The translations under genes and the position numbers were made by a program. This document shows, one piece after another, positions 19,108 through 28,415 of a stretch of 64,000 nucleotides of DNA. The stretch is from Salinispira sp. (GTDB lineage Bacteria > Spirochaetota > Spirochaetia > DSM-27196 > Salinispiraceae): NCBI GenBank assembly GCA_965602015.1, contig OZ271918.1, positions 192,001 to 256,000 on the forward strand, given 5' to 3'. The stretch's first letter is position 1; every line of letters begins with the position of its first letter. The notes under the pieces were generated by a model. It was not told the DNA's origin and made no database searches. It worked only from the letters and a program-made list of their open reading frames with translations.

Positions 19108-20502
19108 CTATATCGTCTCGGGATCGAGCTTTTCGCTCCAGGGTCGGTAGATCATGAGAAGAAAGGCAACTCCTGCGGTTACCATGTTGGAGCTGATCAT
19201 TCCAATCCAAATTCCCTGGGGCCCGATCCCCACCACAACGCTGAGAATAAATGCCACGGGCACCCGAATTCCCCACAGCCTGAGAGCATTGAGCGCCGCC
19301 ACCGGTTTGGTATCGCCGCTGCCCTGAAAGGCTCCGTTGAAAACAGTGAACAGGGCGAAGAAGATAACCGAGGGGCTGACCAGGCGGAACAGCACTGCAC
19401 CCCATTCAATTACCTCGGGATCATTCACGAAAAATCTGGTGACCTGATTCCCCCAGAAAAAAGTGATGGTCATGCTCACGGTGATCATAATGAGTACCGC
19501 CGAGGCGGCCTGCCTGACGGCCAGGAAGGCTCTGCTGCGCTCGCCGGCCCCGAGTTTTTGCCCTACCAGCACTGCGGTGGCCTGGCTGAATCCCAGGGCA
19601 GGCATCATAAACAGGTTTATTATCCGGTTACCGACGCCGAAGGCCGCTATGACCGCTGTGCCGTAGCTGTTTACCACTCCCTGAAGTACCGTGAATCCCA
19701 GTGCGGAGGCGCTTTGACCAAGACTGGTGGGTAGGCCGATTTTGAAAATAAGGGCAAAAGCTTTCCGATCGGGTCTCATATTCTCCAGGCGCAGCCTGAG
19801 CCCGCTTCGACGGTTCAGCAGTACCACGGCCAAAGATATTACCGCATTTAAAACCCGGGCGGTGAAGGTTGCCCAGGCAGCGCCTTGAACTCCCATGGCC
19901 GGAAAGGGGCCAATACCAAAAATGAGCAGCCAGTCCAGGAGAATATTTAGGCCGACGGTGAACAGATTGATATAGAACGGGATATCGCTGCGGCCGATCC
20001 CCTGCTGCGCCGCCTGGAGGGCGAAACTCATGAACAGGAAGGGCATTGCGGCCAGGACAACCCGGAGATAACCGGTGGCAGATCCGAGAATTTCCGAGGG
20101 GACTGCCATCGTCCGAAAGATTACCGGCACAAGCAGTTGAAACAGCGGCATGAGAAAGAGACCGAGGATCACCATAATGGAAACCGTCTGCCCGAGGTAG
20201 AAATCAACAGCCTTGTTGTCTCCCTTTCCCAGGCTTTGGCTTATAAGGGTTCGGCCGGCCTGGCTGAAGCCACCGCTGAACAGCAGCAGCATAAACACAA
20301 TGCTGAAGCTGGTGCTGGGGCTGCTGACCTCTGCGGGCCCGAGCTGGCCCAGAAAATAGGTGTCGGTCAGATTGTACAAAGATTGAAGAAAATTGGTGAG
20401 CATGATGGGGCCGGCAATGACGAAGAGGCTGCGCAGCATGCCTTTCTGCTCATCCCTGGGGATACCCGGATCTTTGGCAAGAAAATTTGGTGTTTGCATC
20501 AA
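19108..20502 (-). CDS. MATE family efflux transporter
   Basis: P.ML.N.LQSLYNL.DT.FLGQLG, NILLD.LLIFG..PFP.MGV.GAA.AT; about 12 TM segments. Confidence 0.9.
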   Translation of the reverse strand: MMQTPNFLAKDPGIPRDEQKGMLRSLFVIAGPIMLTNFLQSLYNLTDTYFLGQLGPAEVSSPSTSFSIVFMLLLFSGGFSQAGRTLISQSLGKGDNKAVDFYLGQTVSIMVILGLFLMPLFQLLVPVIFRTMAVPSEILGSATGYLRVVLAAMPFLFMSFALQAAQQGIGRSDIPFYINLFTVGLNILLDWLLIFGIGPFPAMGVQGAAWATFTARVLNAVISLAVVLLNRRSGLRLRLENMRPDRKAFALIFKIGLPTSLGQSASALGFTVLQGVVNSYGTAVIAAFGVGNRIINLFMMPALGFSQATAVLVGQKLGAGERSRAFLAVRQAASAVLIMITVSMTITFFWGNQVTRFFVNDPEVIEWGAVLFRLVSPSVIFFALFTVFNGAFQGSGDTKPVAALNALRLWGIRVPVAFILSVVVGIGPQGIWIGMISSNMVTAGVAFLLMIYRPWSEKLDPETI

Positions 20503-20588
20503 TTGGGTCCTTTTTTACATGGGGCAGGCTGTGCCCCTGCCCGGGTAATATAGCGAAAAAACCCGATTCCGGCAGGAAAACTTGACGT

Positions 20589-20608
20589 GTGCCCCCAAAA
20601 CAGCTGAT
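20589..20608 (+). repeat. REP-like repeat, copy 6 (C subtype)
   Basis: GTGCCCCCAAAACAGCTGAT. Confidence 0.9.
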
Positions 20609-20682
20609 GGCCCCTGCGCCCGTAAACCGCATTCCACCGTTCCCGTTTGCGCTCTTGTTTAAGCGGGTTTAGAATGAGAGAT

Positions 20683-21567
20683 ATGAAGGATACCCGGCCA
20701 TTACAATTTGCCGGCAGCTGGTATCCCGCCGATGCCGGAGACCTCGAGGCGCTATTCGCGGCATTCCCCCGGCAGCCCGATCCCGATCTTGTTGGGGGCG
20801 CGGTGCCCCATGCGGGACTGAGCTACTCCCGCAAGGGACAGTCCGCGCTTTTCTCCCGTCTTCCGGAGAACCAGTCAAATATTATTCTTCTTTCCCCGAG
20901 CCACTATCGGGCGATTAGCGGTTCCTCCTTTGTCGCCGGTCTTTACGGCGGCTATGAAACGGGTATACGCCGGGTGCGGGCTGCCGACGACGGGAAACAG
21001 TTTGAGGCACTGGGAATCGCAGTGGACCGGGGGGCGGCGGATGCGGAACACGCTGTGGAACTGACTCTGCCCGGGCTGGCGGCAGTTCTTCATGATTTCT
21101 CCCTGTGCGCCCTGCTCACTCCCCAACTTGAGGGGCACGGGCAGATCGAGGCGTTGGCGGATCAGCTGATAGACCTGGCAGGCAGACTCTTTCACGGAGA
21201 GAAATGGTTTCTCTTGGCCAGCAGCGATTTTACCCATTACGGGCCCCGATTCTCCCATCAGCCCTTTGGTCCCCTGAGTGATGATTCAGCCAGGCTTGAA
21301 ATACAAAAACGGGATCTTTATGTCGCCGCTGCGCTATGCGAGGGGCGATGGGAGTCGGCTCTGGAAACAATGAGCCAGGCCGGAGCGCCGACCATTTGCG
21401 GAATCGTCCCTCTGGCGGTTCAGTCTGCGGTGGCTTCCCGACTCGGATGGAAGGGAGAGATTTTATCCTACTATAGTTCCTCCCAGATGCGAGGCAGCTA
21501 TGACGGAAGCGCCGATTCCGTCGCATACGGAACTCTGGGGTATTGGTCAGAGGGAGGGGGAGGATGA
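20683..21567 (+). CDS. amrB: AmmeMemoRadiSam system protein B (MEMO1 family)
   Basis: AGSWYP, PHAG..YS, EHAVE, SSDFTHYG, TICG. Confidence 0.85.
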   Translation: MKDTRPLQFAGSWYPADAGDLEALFAAFPRQPDPDLVGGAVPHAGLSYSRKGQSALFSRLPENQSNIILLSPSHYRAISGSSFVAGLYGGYETGIRRVRAADDGKQFEALGIAVDRGAADAEHAVELTLPGLAAVLHDFSLCALLTPQLEGHGQIEALADQLIDLAGRLFHGEKWFLLASSDFTHYGPRFSHQPFGPLSDDSARLEIQKRDLYVAAALCEGRWESALETMSQAGAPTICGIVPLAVQSAVASRLGWKGEILSYYSSSQMRGSYDGSADSVAYGTLGYWSEGGGG

Positions 21568-22193
21568 AACCCGCCAACGAGGCATTGGATTCCCTGAGCT
21601 CGGAACAGCGTCGGACCCTTCTCTCGATAATGCGTGGGATTCTTGAAGACCATTACCGTTCAGATACTCCTCACTCGACCCGGACCCTGCAATCCGCCGG
21701 AGACTACAGCCGCATATCCGGATACCGGGAACTGCGCCATGTGCTGTCTGCTCAATGCGGGCTTTTTGTTACACTAAAACTCCCTCATCTGGGGGGGCAG
21801 CTGAGAGGCTGTATCGGACGGATGACTAGCACCCGGCCGTTGCGGGAAAGCCTGCCCGAGGTGGTGCTGGATGCCGCCTTGAAGGATCCCCGATTTCCTC
21901 CGCTTGGCGAGGATGAGCTGCCCGCAGTTCGCCTGGAGTTAAGTCTTCTCAGCCCGATGCGAGAGGTTGAAGGGGTAGATCATATAGTCATCGGCCGGCA
22001 TGGAATATATTTGCGCTGCGGCGGAGCCTCGGCGGTCTTCCTCCCTGAGGTTGCATTTCAGCAGGGTTGGAACCTTCAAACCACCCTGGGTCACCTGAGC
22101 CTCAAAGCCGGCCTGCCTTCCGAGGCCTGGAGACGGGACGATGCCCGCTTTTGGGTTTTTACCAGTGTACATTTTGCAGAAGGTGAGGAGTGA
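21564..22193 (+). CDS. amrA: AmmeMemoRadiSam system protein A (AMMECR1 family)
   Basis: GLFVTL...LRGCIG, DPRFPP, LPEVA...GW, KAG. Confidence 0.9.
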   Translation: MKPANEALDSLSSEQRRTLLSIMRGILEDHYRSDTPHSTRTLQSAGDYSRISGYRELRHVLSAQCGLFVTLKLPHLGGQLRGCIGRMTSTRPLRESLPEVVLDAALKDPRFPPLGEDELPAVRLELSLLSPMREVEGVDHIVIGRHGIYLRCGGASAVFLPEVAFQQGWNLQTTLGHLSLKAGLPSEAWRRDDARFWVFTSVHFAEGEE

Positions 22194-23284
22194 GAGCCCC
22201 GCTGAATCCGCCCGGAGGGCCCCAGGACAGAGGGTCCCAGGCCGGAGGGCCCCAATCCGGAAGGCCCAAAGCCGTCGACCGGTCCGGCAAGCCCGGGACC
22301 ACGGCACACACGCCGTCGGGGGTGCGATGCGATTATTGCGCGTTCGCCTGCATCATACCTGACGGGCAGACCGGGCGCTGCGGGGTGCGGGAGAATGCCG
22401 GCGGAACGTTGCGCACCCGCCATGCAGGAAAATACGTGGGTCCGGCCCTCGATCCGGTGGAAAAAAAGCCGCTCTACCACTACCGTCCCGGAACTCAGAC
22501 CTTCTCGCTCGCCCGTTTCGGCTGTAACTTCAGATGCGATTTCTGTCAAAACTACCACCTGGTTGATGAGGTCTATCGCAGCGATGCCCATTATCGCCAT
22601 CGGTCTGAGGACGAGCTGATGTCCCTATGGAGGGAGTCGGGCAAGCCGACGGTTGCCTTCACCTATTCGGAGCCCGCAGTCTGGCAGGACAGTCTCCACC
22701 GGTTTTCAGCATTGGTGAGAGGAGAAGGCGGCCGGTGCATCGTGGTAAGCAACGGGTTTTACGGTAATCCGGCCCTGGATGCAATGATGGAGAGCGCCGA
22801 GGCCTTTAATATCGATTTAAAGGGCAGCGAGGATTTCTATAAGCGGTGGGTTTCCGGGCGTCAGGGGCCGGTAATGCACACTATTTCTGCCCTGGCGGGG
22901 TCGGACGATCATCATCTGGAGGTGACCAGCTTGTTAATCGAAGGCGAGCACAGTGCGGATGAGATTCTCCGCCTGGCGGATCAGCTTGCTGAGGCCGGGG
23001 TGAGGGTATGGCACCTGTCGTTGTTTCATCCGGCCTACCGCATGGACAACTATCAAGCTACCAAAGCTTCATTTGCGCTGGAGATTCTCGATGAAGTCCG
23101 CCGGCGTGAGCTGATTCCTCATCTGTACCTGGGTAATGCCCGCATTGATGAGTACAGCCATACAATGTGTCCCGCATGCGGCCTGACCCTGATACGCCGC
23201 AGCGGCCTGCGAGTACTGGATAATCATATTGATGCGGGCCGCTGCCCGAACTGCAAACACATTATCTATGGCAGTTTTTTGTGA
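22190..23284 (+). CDS. amrS: AmmeMemoRadiSam system radical SAM enzyme
   Basis: C..C...C....G..G.CGVR.N, DPVEKKPLYHY, CNFRCDFCQN, C-terminal CPAC/CPNC. Confidence 0.9.
   Translation: MRAPLNPPGGPQDRGSQAGGPQSGRPKAVDRSGKPGTTAHTPSGVRCDYCAFACIIPDGQTGRCGVRENAGGTLRTRHAGKYVGPALDPVEKKPLYHYRPGTQTFSLARFGCNFRCDFCQNYHLVDEVYRSDAHYRHRSEDELMSLWRESGKPTVAFTYSEPAVWQDSLHRFSALVRGEGGRCIVVSNGFYGNPALDAMMESAEAFNIDLKGSEDFYKRWVSGRQGPVMHTISALAGSDDHHLEVTSLLIEGEHSADEILRLADQLAEAGVRVWHLSLFHPAYRMDNYQATKASFALEILDEVRRRELIPHLYLGNARIDEYSHTMCPACGLTLIRRSGLRVLDNHIDAGRCPNCKHIIYGSFL
22214..22273 (+). repeat. 4 x 15-bp imperfect tandem repeat in the 5' end of amrS
   Basis: GGAGGGCCCCAGGAC / AGAGGGTCCCAGGCC / GGAGGGCCCCAATCC / GGAAGGCCCAAAGCC. 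Confidence 0.75.
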
Positions 23285-23362
23285 TTGATCCCGGTGGATC
23301 ACAGTTTGTGCTGATTAATCTATCGATACTAAAGTATTTATAAAAAAATATCACAATTATGT

Positions 23363-23391
23363 TTGCCAGATCTCTCATGTGCCTCTATAGT
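23363..23391 (+). promoter_or_regulatory. sigma70-type promoter of the sdhA/TCA cluster
   Basis: TTGCCA-N17-TATAGT in an AT-rich intergenic region. Confidence 0.65.
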
Positions 23392-23428
23392 GAAGAAAGC
23401 TGACTAAAACACATAGTTATTTTGCCCA

Positions 23429-23448
23429 AACTGAACGATTGTTCAGTT
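23429..23448. promoter_or_regulatory. Palindromic operator-like site
   Basis: AACTGAAC-gatt-GTTCAGTT, downstream of the predicted promoter. Confidence 0.55.
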
Positions 23449-23614
23449 AATTTTTTTTGGATGTGAACAGCTGATGCTGGTTTTTATCTGGCCCGCGGCA
23501 TAGACGGCGTTGACGGTTTTTTTGTGGGCATTACGCATTGTTTAGTCTTATTCTATTTATATAGAGGCAATACATGCGGCGCGTTTTTCCGCCGCACAAA
23601 CTGAGGAGCAGGTC

Positions 23615-25345
23615 TTGGTACATGAATTTGATGCAGTGATTGTTGGCGCCGGAGGAGCCGGGCTTTATGCGGCGCTGGAAGCCAGCAAGGGTTCGAAAAC
23701 CGCGGTAATTTCCAAACTTTACCCTTCAAGGAGTCACACCGGCGCAGCCCAGGGAGGCATCGGGGCGGCCCTGGGTAATTACGAAGAAGACAAGCCCGAA
23801 TGGCACGCCTTTGATACCGTGAAAGGCGGGGACTATCTTGTGGACCAGCAGGCAGCGATGATACTGGCTGAGGACGCCGTTCGCGCTGTCTATGATTTGG
23901 AGAACAAGGGCTTGCCGTTTTCCCGGACCCCCGACGGAAAAATCGGACAAAGAAGGTTCGGCGGTCACACCCGGAATTTCGGCGAGGCGGCGGTACGCCG
24001 TTCATGCTACGCCGCCGACCGAACGGGGCATATGATTCTCCAAACCCTGTATCAGCAGTGCATTAAAAATGACGTCTCCTTTTTTGATGAGTTTCAGGCC
24101 GTTGATCTTATCCTCGACGGAACCCGGGTGGCGGGAATCGTCGCCCTTGAACTAAAAACCGGTGAAGTACATATATTCCGCGCAAAAGCTGTGCTTTTTG
24201 CCACCGGCGGATTCGGGCGGATGTTTAAAACAACTTCCAATGCCCTGGCAAACACCGGTGACGGCCCTGCGCTGGTCGCCCGGGCGGGAATACCCCTCAT
24301 GGATATGGAGTTCTTCCAGTTCCATCCAACGGGCATATACAAAATGGGCATTCTGATCACCGAAGGGGTCCGGGGAGAAGGCGGCATACTTCGCAACTCC
24401 AAGGGCGAGCGCTTCATGGAGAAGTACGCGCCGACCCTGCTTGACTTGGCGCCGAGAGACATGGTGAGCCGGGCGATTATGACCGAAATCGCCGAAGGCC
24501 GGGGAATCCGGGGCGATAAGGCGATTGATGATTATGTCTATCTGGACGCGACTCACCTTGGACGGGAAGTCGTCGAGGAGCGTATTCCGGACATCGCCGA
24601 TTTCTGCCGGACATATCTGGATGTCGACCCCGCCGAGAAACCAATGCCTGTTCAACCGACGGCCCACTACGCCATGGGCGGTATTCCCACGAATGTCGAC
24701 GGAGTGGTGAATACCGGTGCGGTTACCTACCATGGACTGTATGCCGCCGGGGAAGCGGCCTGTGTCAGCGTTCACGGCGCAAACCGCCTGGGAACGAACT
24801 CCCTTGTCGATCTTGTTGTGTTTGGTCGCCGGGCGGGCCAGCATATCGCTCAGTACGTAAAAGAGGCGGATATGCCTGCCTGGCCCTCGGGAGCAGAGGA
24901 CGCGTTCAAGGAAAAACTGGCCAGATTAAAAGACGGAAAGAAGGGCGCCCATCCCGGCCCGATTTTCACGGAAATGCAGGAAAGCATGATGAAGAATGTC
25001 GGGGTGTACCGAACCCAGGGTGAAATGGAGCAGGCCGTCAAGGACGTGCAGAAGCTTCGCGATCGCTGTCATGAGTTGCGGGTGGAAGATCCTTCGGCGG
25101 AATTCAATTCCGATATTCTCGGCATTCTCGAGCTCGAGAATCTCCTGGACCTCAGTCTGGTGACCGCTGCCAGCTCGCTGAACCGAAAGGAAAGCCGGGG
25201 TGCCCACAGCCGGAAGGACTTTCCCGACCGGGATGACAAACAGTGGCTCAAGCATACCCTGGCGAATATCGACGGCAATGATGTGAAGATCGACTACAAG
25301 GAAGTGGACTGCAGTATCTGGGAACCCAAGCCCCGGAAATACTGA
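23615..25345 (+). CDS. sdhA: Succinate dehydrogenase/fumarate reductase flavoprotein subunit
   Basis: [16 protein letters not shown] (covalent FAD His), QFHPTG, HYAMGG, HGANRLG. Confidence 0.95.
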   Translation: MVHEFDAVIVGAGGAGLYAALEASKGSKTAVISKLYPSRSHTGAAQGGIGAALGNYEEDKPEWHAFDTVKGGDYLVDQQAAMILAEDAVRAVYDLENKGLPFSRTPDGKIGQRRFGGHTRNFGEAAVRRSCYAADRTGHMILQTLYQQCIKNDVSFFDEFQAVDLILDGTRVAGIVALELKTGEVHIFRAKAVLFATGGFGRMFKTTSNALANTGDGPALVARAGIPLMDMEFFQFHPTGIYKMGILITEGVRGEGGILRNSKGERFMEKYAPTLLDLAPRDMVSRAIMTEIAEGRGIRGDKAIDDYVYLDATHLGREVVEERIPDIADFCRTYLDVDPAEKPMPVQPTAHYAMGGIPTNVDGVVNTGAVTYHGLYAAGEAACVSVHGANRLGTNSLVDLVVFGRRAGQHIAQYVKEADMPAWPSGAEDAFKEKLARLKDGKKGAHPGPIFTEMQESMMKNVGVYRTQGEMEQAVKDVQKLRDRCHELRVEDPSAEFNSDILGILELENLLDLSLVTAASSLNRKESRGAHSRKDFPDRDDKQWLKHTLANIDGNDVKIDYKEVDCSIWEPKPRKY

Positions 25346-25373
25346 TGAAAATCCGATGCGGAGGAATGACCGA

Positions 25374-26168
25374 ATGAAAATAACCCTTGAGATACAGAGA
25401 ATGAACCCGGCAGAGGATGCGGCGCCGTTTTTTCAGAAATACGATGTGGAAGTGAAGCCCACTGATCGGGTGCTCGATGCAATCATCGATGTAAAGCGCA
25501 ATCAGGACGGCTCCCTGGCGTTTCGCCGGAGCTGCGCCCACGGAGTCTGCGGCTCCGACGCCATGCTTATCAACGGCAAGGAAACCCTGGCCTGCAAGAC
25601 CCTGGTGCAGGATGTGGCGGATGCTGATGGCGACGTGGTGCGCCTCGAGCCTCTGAAACATCAACCGGTCCAGCGGGACCTCATGGTTGATCAAACGGGT
25701 TTCTTTCAGAAATACCGGGCGGTAAAGCCGTTTTTCATCGCCGTCGAAGACGAGCTCAAGGCGGAAAAAGAGCAGGTTCAAAGTGTCGAGGAGCGCGAGC
25801 TGTTTGACGAACCGACCAAGTGTATACTCTGCTCGGCCTGTTACTCCGCCTGTCCGGTGCTCGATAAAAATCCCGACTTCATCGGACCGGCGGCAATTGT
25901 TCAGGCGGCCCGTTTTGTCAATGACAGCAGGGATCAGGGCCTGGAACCCCGCCTCGATATTCTGGATCAGCCCAACGGAGTATGGCCTTGCGAAAACAAT
26001 TTCCATTGTACAGAGGTCTGTCCCCGGGAAATCCCCATCACCAAGCTGATTAATCAGACCAAGCGGCAAATCAAAAAGTACCGTCAGGAACGCGGCGAAT
26101 CAATCAATGACGACGGTCAGGATGAGGCTCAAAAAGCAGCCCGGAAAGCCGCCAAGGAAAAATCTTAG
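25374..26168 (+). CDS. sdhB: Succinate dehydrogenase iron-sulfur subunit
   Basis: SCAHGVCGSD, CILCSACYSACP, CENNFHCTEVCP. Confidence 0.95.
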   Translation: MKITLEIQRMNPAEDAAPFFQKYDVEVKPTDRVLDAIIDVKRNQDGSLAFRRSCAHGVCGSDAMLINGKETLACKTLVQDVADADGDVVRLEPLKHQPVQRDLMVDQTGFFQKYRAVKPFFIAVEDELKAEKEQVQSVEERELFDEPTKCILCSACYSACPVLDKNPDFIGPAAIVQAARFVNDSRDQGLEPRLDILDQPNGVWPCENNFHCTEVCPREIPITKLINQTKRQIKKYRQERGESINDDGQDEAQKAARKAAKEKS

Positions 26169-26190
26169 GTAGTCAATCAAACCCCGCAAG

Positions 26191-26218
26191 CCGCGGACCT
26201 CAGGGTTCGCGGTTTTTT
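26191..26218 (+). terminator. Terminator-like hairpin between sdhB and sucC
   Basis: CCGCGGACC-tcag-GGTTCGCGG followed by T6. Confidence 0.6.
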
Positions 26219-26252
26219 CACGGGAACAATAAAGAAGGAAACGGAGTATTAG

Positions 26253-27383
26253 ATGAACATTCACGAGTATCAGGGAAAAGAATTGTTTCAGTCCTACGGT
26301 ATCGATGTGGGGCCCCAGTACCTGGCAACCACTGCCGCTGAAGCCAGGGCTGCCTACGAAAAATTGGGCGGAACCGTCGTGGTGAAGGCTCAGGTCTTGG
26401 TCGGGGGCCGGGGAAAGGCCGGCGGGGTAAAGGTCGCCAAAAGCGCCGATGAGGCCGAGCAGCGGGCTTCGGATATTCTGGGCCTGGATATAAAAGGGCT
26501 GACCGTTGAAAAGGTTCTCGTCGTTCCCGCTTCCGATATAAAGAAAGAGTTCTATATGGGGCTTACCATGGACCGGTTTAACAAATACCTGGTTCTCATG
26601 ATGAGCGCCGAAGGCGGAGTGGAAATTGAACAGCTCGCGGTGGACAAGCCTGAAGCCATCAAGAAGTTTCCCATCTACCCCGCCAAGGGTATCGACTGGG
26701 ACGCCCTCAAGCCCGTGCTCAAAGAGGTATTCGGGAGCGATGAGCATGTCGCGCAGGCTGCGGATCATGTCGAAAAGCTATTTAAAATATACATGGAAAA
26801 AGATTGCACCCTTGTGGAGATCAATCCCTTCGCTATCGTCGATGACGGAAAGCTGATGGCCCTGGATGCCAAGGTAAATTTCGACGATAACGGACTGTTC
26901 AAACATGCCGATGTGGAGGCCATGCGGAATCCCGAGGAAAACAGCCAGGACGAGCTGGACGCAAAGGAAGCGGGCTTGAGCTTCGTGAGCATGGATGGAA
27001 ATATCGGCTGCATCGTCAACGGCGCGGGCCTGGCCATGGCCACTATGGACATTATCAAACTCTTCGGTGGAGAGCCGGCGAACTTCCTCGATGTGGGCGG
27101 CAGCTCTAATCCGAACAAAATGGTGAGCGCGATTAAAATCATCCTCAATAATCCGAAGGTCGAGGCCATCCTCATTAATATCTTCGGCGGTATCACCCGC
27201 TGCGACGACATAGCCAACGGACTGCTGATGGCCATGGAACAGGTGAAGCTCGAAGTTCCCCTGGTAATTCGCCTTATCGGCACCAACGATGAAGAGGGGA
27301 GGGCGATTCTGGAGAAAGCGGGATTAAAGGCCTCAACCGACCTGAATGAAGCGGTTAAATCCGTGGTGGCGAGCATTAAGTAA
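26253..27383 (+). CDS. sucC: Succinyl-CoA ligase beta subunit
   Basis: MNIHEYQGK, KAQV..GGRGKAGG, NGAGLAMATMD, NIFGGITRCD. Confidence 0.97.
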   Translation: MNIHEYQGKELFQSYGIDVGPQYLATTAAEARAAYEKLGGTVVVKAQVLVGGRGKAGGVKVAKSADEAEQRASDILGLDIKGLTVEKVLVVPASDIKKEFYMGLTMDRFNKYLVLMMSAEGGVEIEQLAVDKPEAIKKFPIYPAKGIDWDALKPVLKEVFGSDEHVAQAADHVEKLFKIYMEKDCTLVEINPFAIVDDGKLMALDAKVNFDDNGLFKHADVEAMRNPEENSQDELDAKEAGLSFVSMDGNIGCIVNGAGLAMATMDIIKLFGGEPANFLDVGGSSNPNKMVSAIKIILNNPKVEAILINIFGGITRCDDIANGLLMAMEQVKLEVPLVIRLIGTNDEEGRAILEKAGLKASTDLNEAVKSVVASIK

Positions 27384-27470
27384 ACCGCTGGCCCGCACAT
27401 CGCTGGCGGACCGGTCGGCTCCACGGAAAGCCTCCGCCGCCGCGAAGATCAAACTGTAAGGACGAATGCA

Positions 27471-28343
27471 ATGAGTATACTAATTGATGAAAAAACCAAT
27501 GTTATCGTGCAGGGAATTACCGGCCGCGACGGATCCTTCCACGCCCGGACCATGATCGGTGACGGGACCAAGATCGTCGCCGGCGTTACGCCCGGTAAGG
27601 GCGGACAGAAAATGGACGACGTGCCGGTGTACAACTCGGTGCAGGATGCCATGGCCCAGCACCGGGTGGATGTTACGGTGATTTTTGTCCCCCCGAAGTT
27701 CGCCAACGCCGCAATAATTGAAGCGGCGGATGCGGGAGTTCCGCTGATAATCGCCATCACCGAAGGTGTTCCGGTTAACGAAATGCTCGACACCTACCAC
27801 TATGTGAAGAGCAAGGGTTTGCGGATGATCGGACCGAACTGTCCGGGAGTTATCAGCCCCGGTAAAAGCAAAATTGGCATTATGCCCCTAAAAATTCACA
27901 AACCGGGACGAATCGGCGTCATCAGCCGATCCGGAACACTGACCTATGAAGTGGTGCACGCCCTGACCACGAACGGAATGGGTCAATCCACCTGCGTGGG
28001 TATCGGCGGCGATCCGGTGGTCGGTTCCAGTTTTATCGACTTGCTGAAGCTGTTCAACGAAGATCCGGACACCGATGCGGTGGTAATGATCGGAGAAATC
28101 GGCGGAGAAGATGAAGAAGCGGCGGCGGAGTTTATTAAGAATTCCATGAAAAAACCTGTGGCCGGTTTTATCTCAGGCCGCACAGCCCCTCCGGGAAAAC
28201 GCATGGGTCATGCGGGAGCCATCATTTCCGGCGGCAAGGGCACCCCTGAAGCCAAGGTTCAAGCGCTTGAGGCAGCGGGTGTGAAGGTTGCCAACACGCC
28301 GAGCGAAATCCCCGCTATATTAAAAGAGAAGCTCGGACTGTAA
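27471..28343 (+). CDS. sucD: Succinyl-CoA ligase alpha subunit
   Basis: [27 protein letters not shown]. Confidence 0.97.
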   Translation: MSILIDEKTNVIVQGITGRDGSFHARTMIGDGTKIVAGVTPGKGGQKMDDVPVYNSVQDAMAQHRVDVTVIFVPPKFANAAIIEAADAGVPLIIAITEGVPVNEMLDTYHYVKSKGLRMIGPNCPGVISPGKSKIGIMPLKIHKPGRIGVISRSGTLTYEVVHALTTNGMGQSTCVGIGGDPVVGSSFIDLLKLFNEDPDTDAVVMIGEIGGEDEEAAAEFIKNSMKKPVAGFISGRTAPPGKRMGHAGAIISGGKGTPEAKVQALEAAGVKVANTPSEIPAILKEKLGL

Positions 28344-28415
28344 TCCTGTACGAGGGCCGACGCAGACTGCTGCGCCGGTCCGTTCGACCGGCGGTGAGCG
28401 TATGAGGCGCATGCG

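Noticed and set aside
18913..19734. 273-aa ORF starting inside the repeat unit
   Set aside because: Antisense to the MATE gene, with no motif or RBS support.
23280..23360. CRP- or Rex-like boxes upstream of sdhA
   Set aside because: Half-sites are present but spacing and symmetry do not fit the consensus.
23466..23475. AACAGCTGAT as an eleventh repeat copy
   Set aside because: It lacks the GTGCCCC half; a 10-nt match is too weak.
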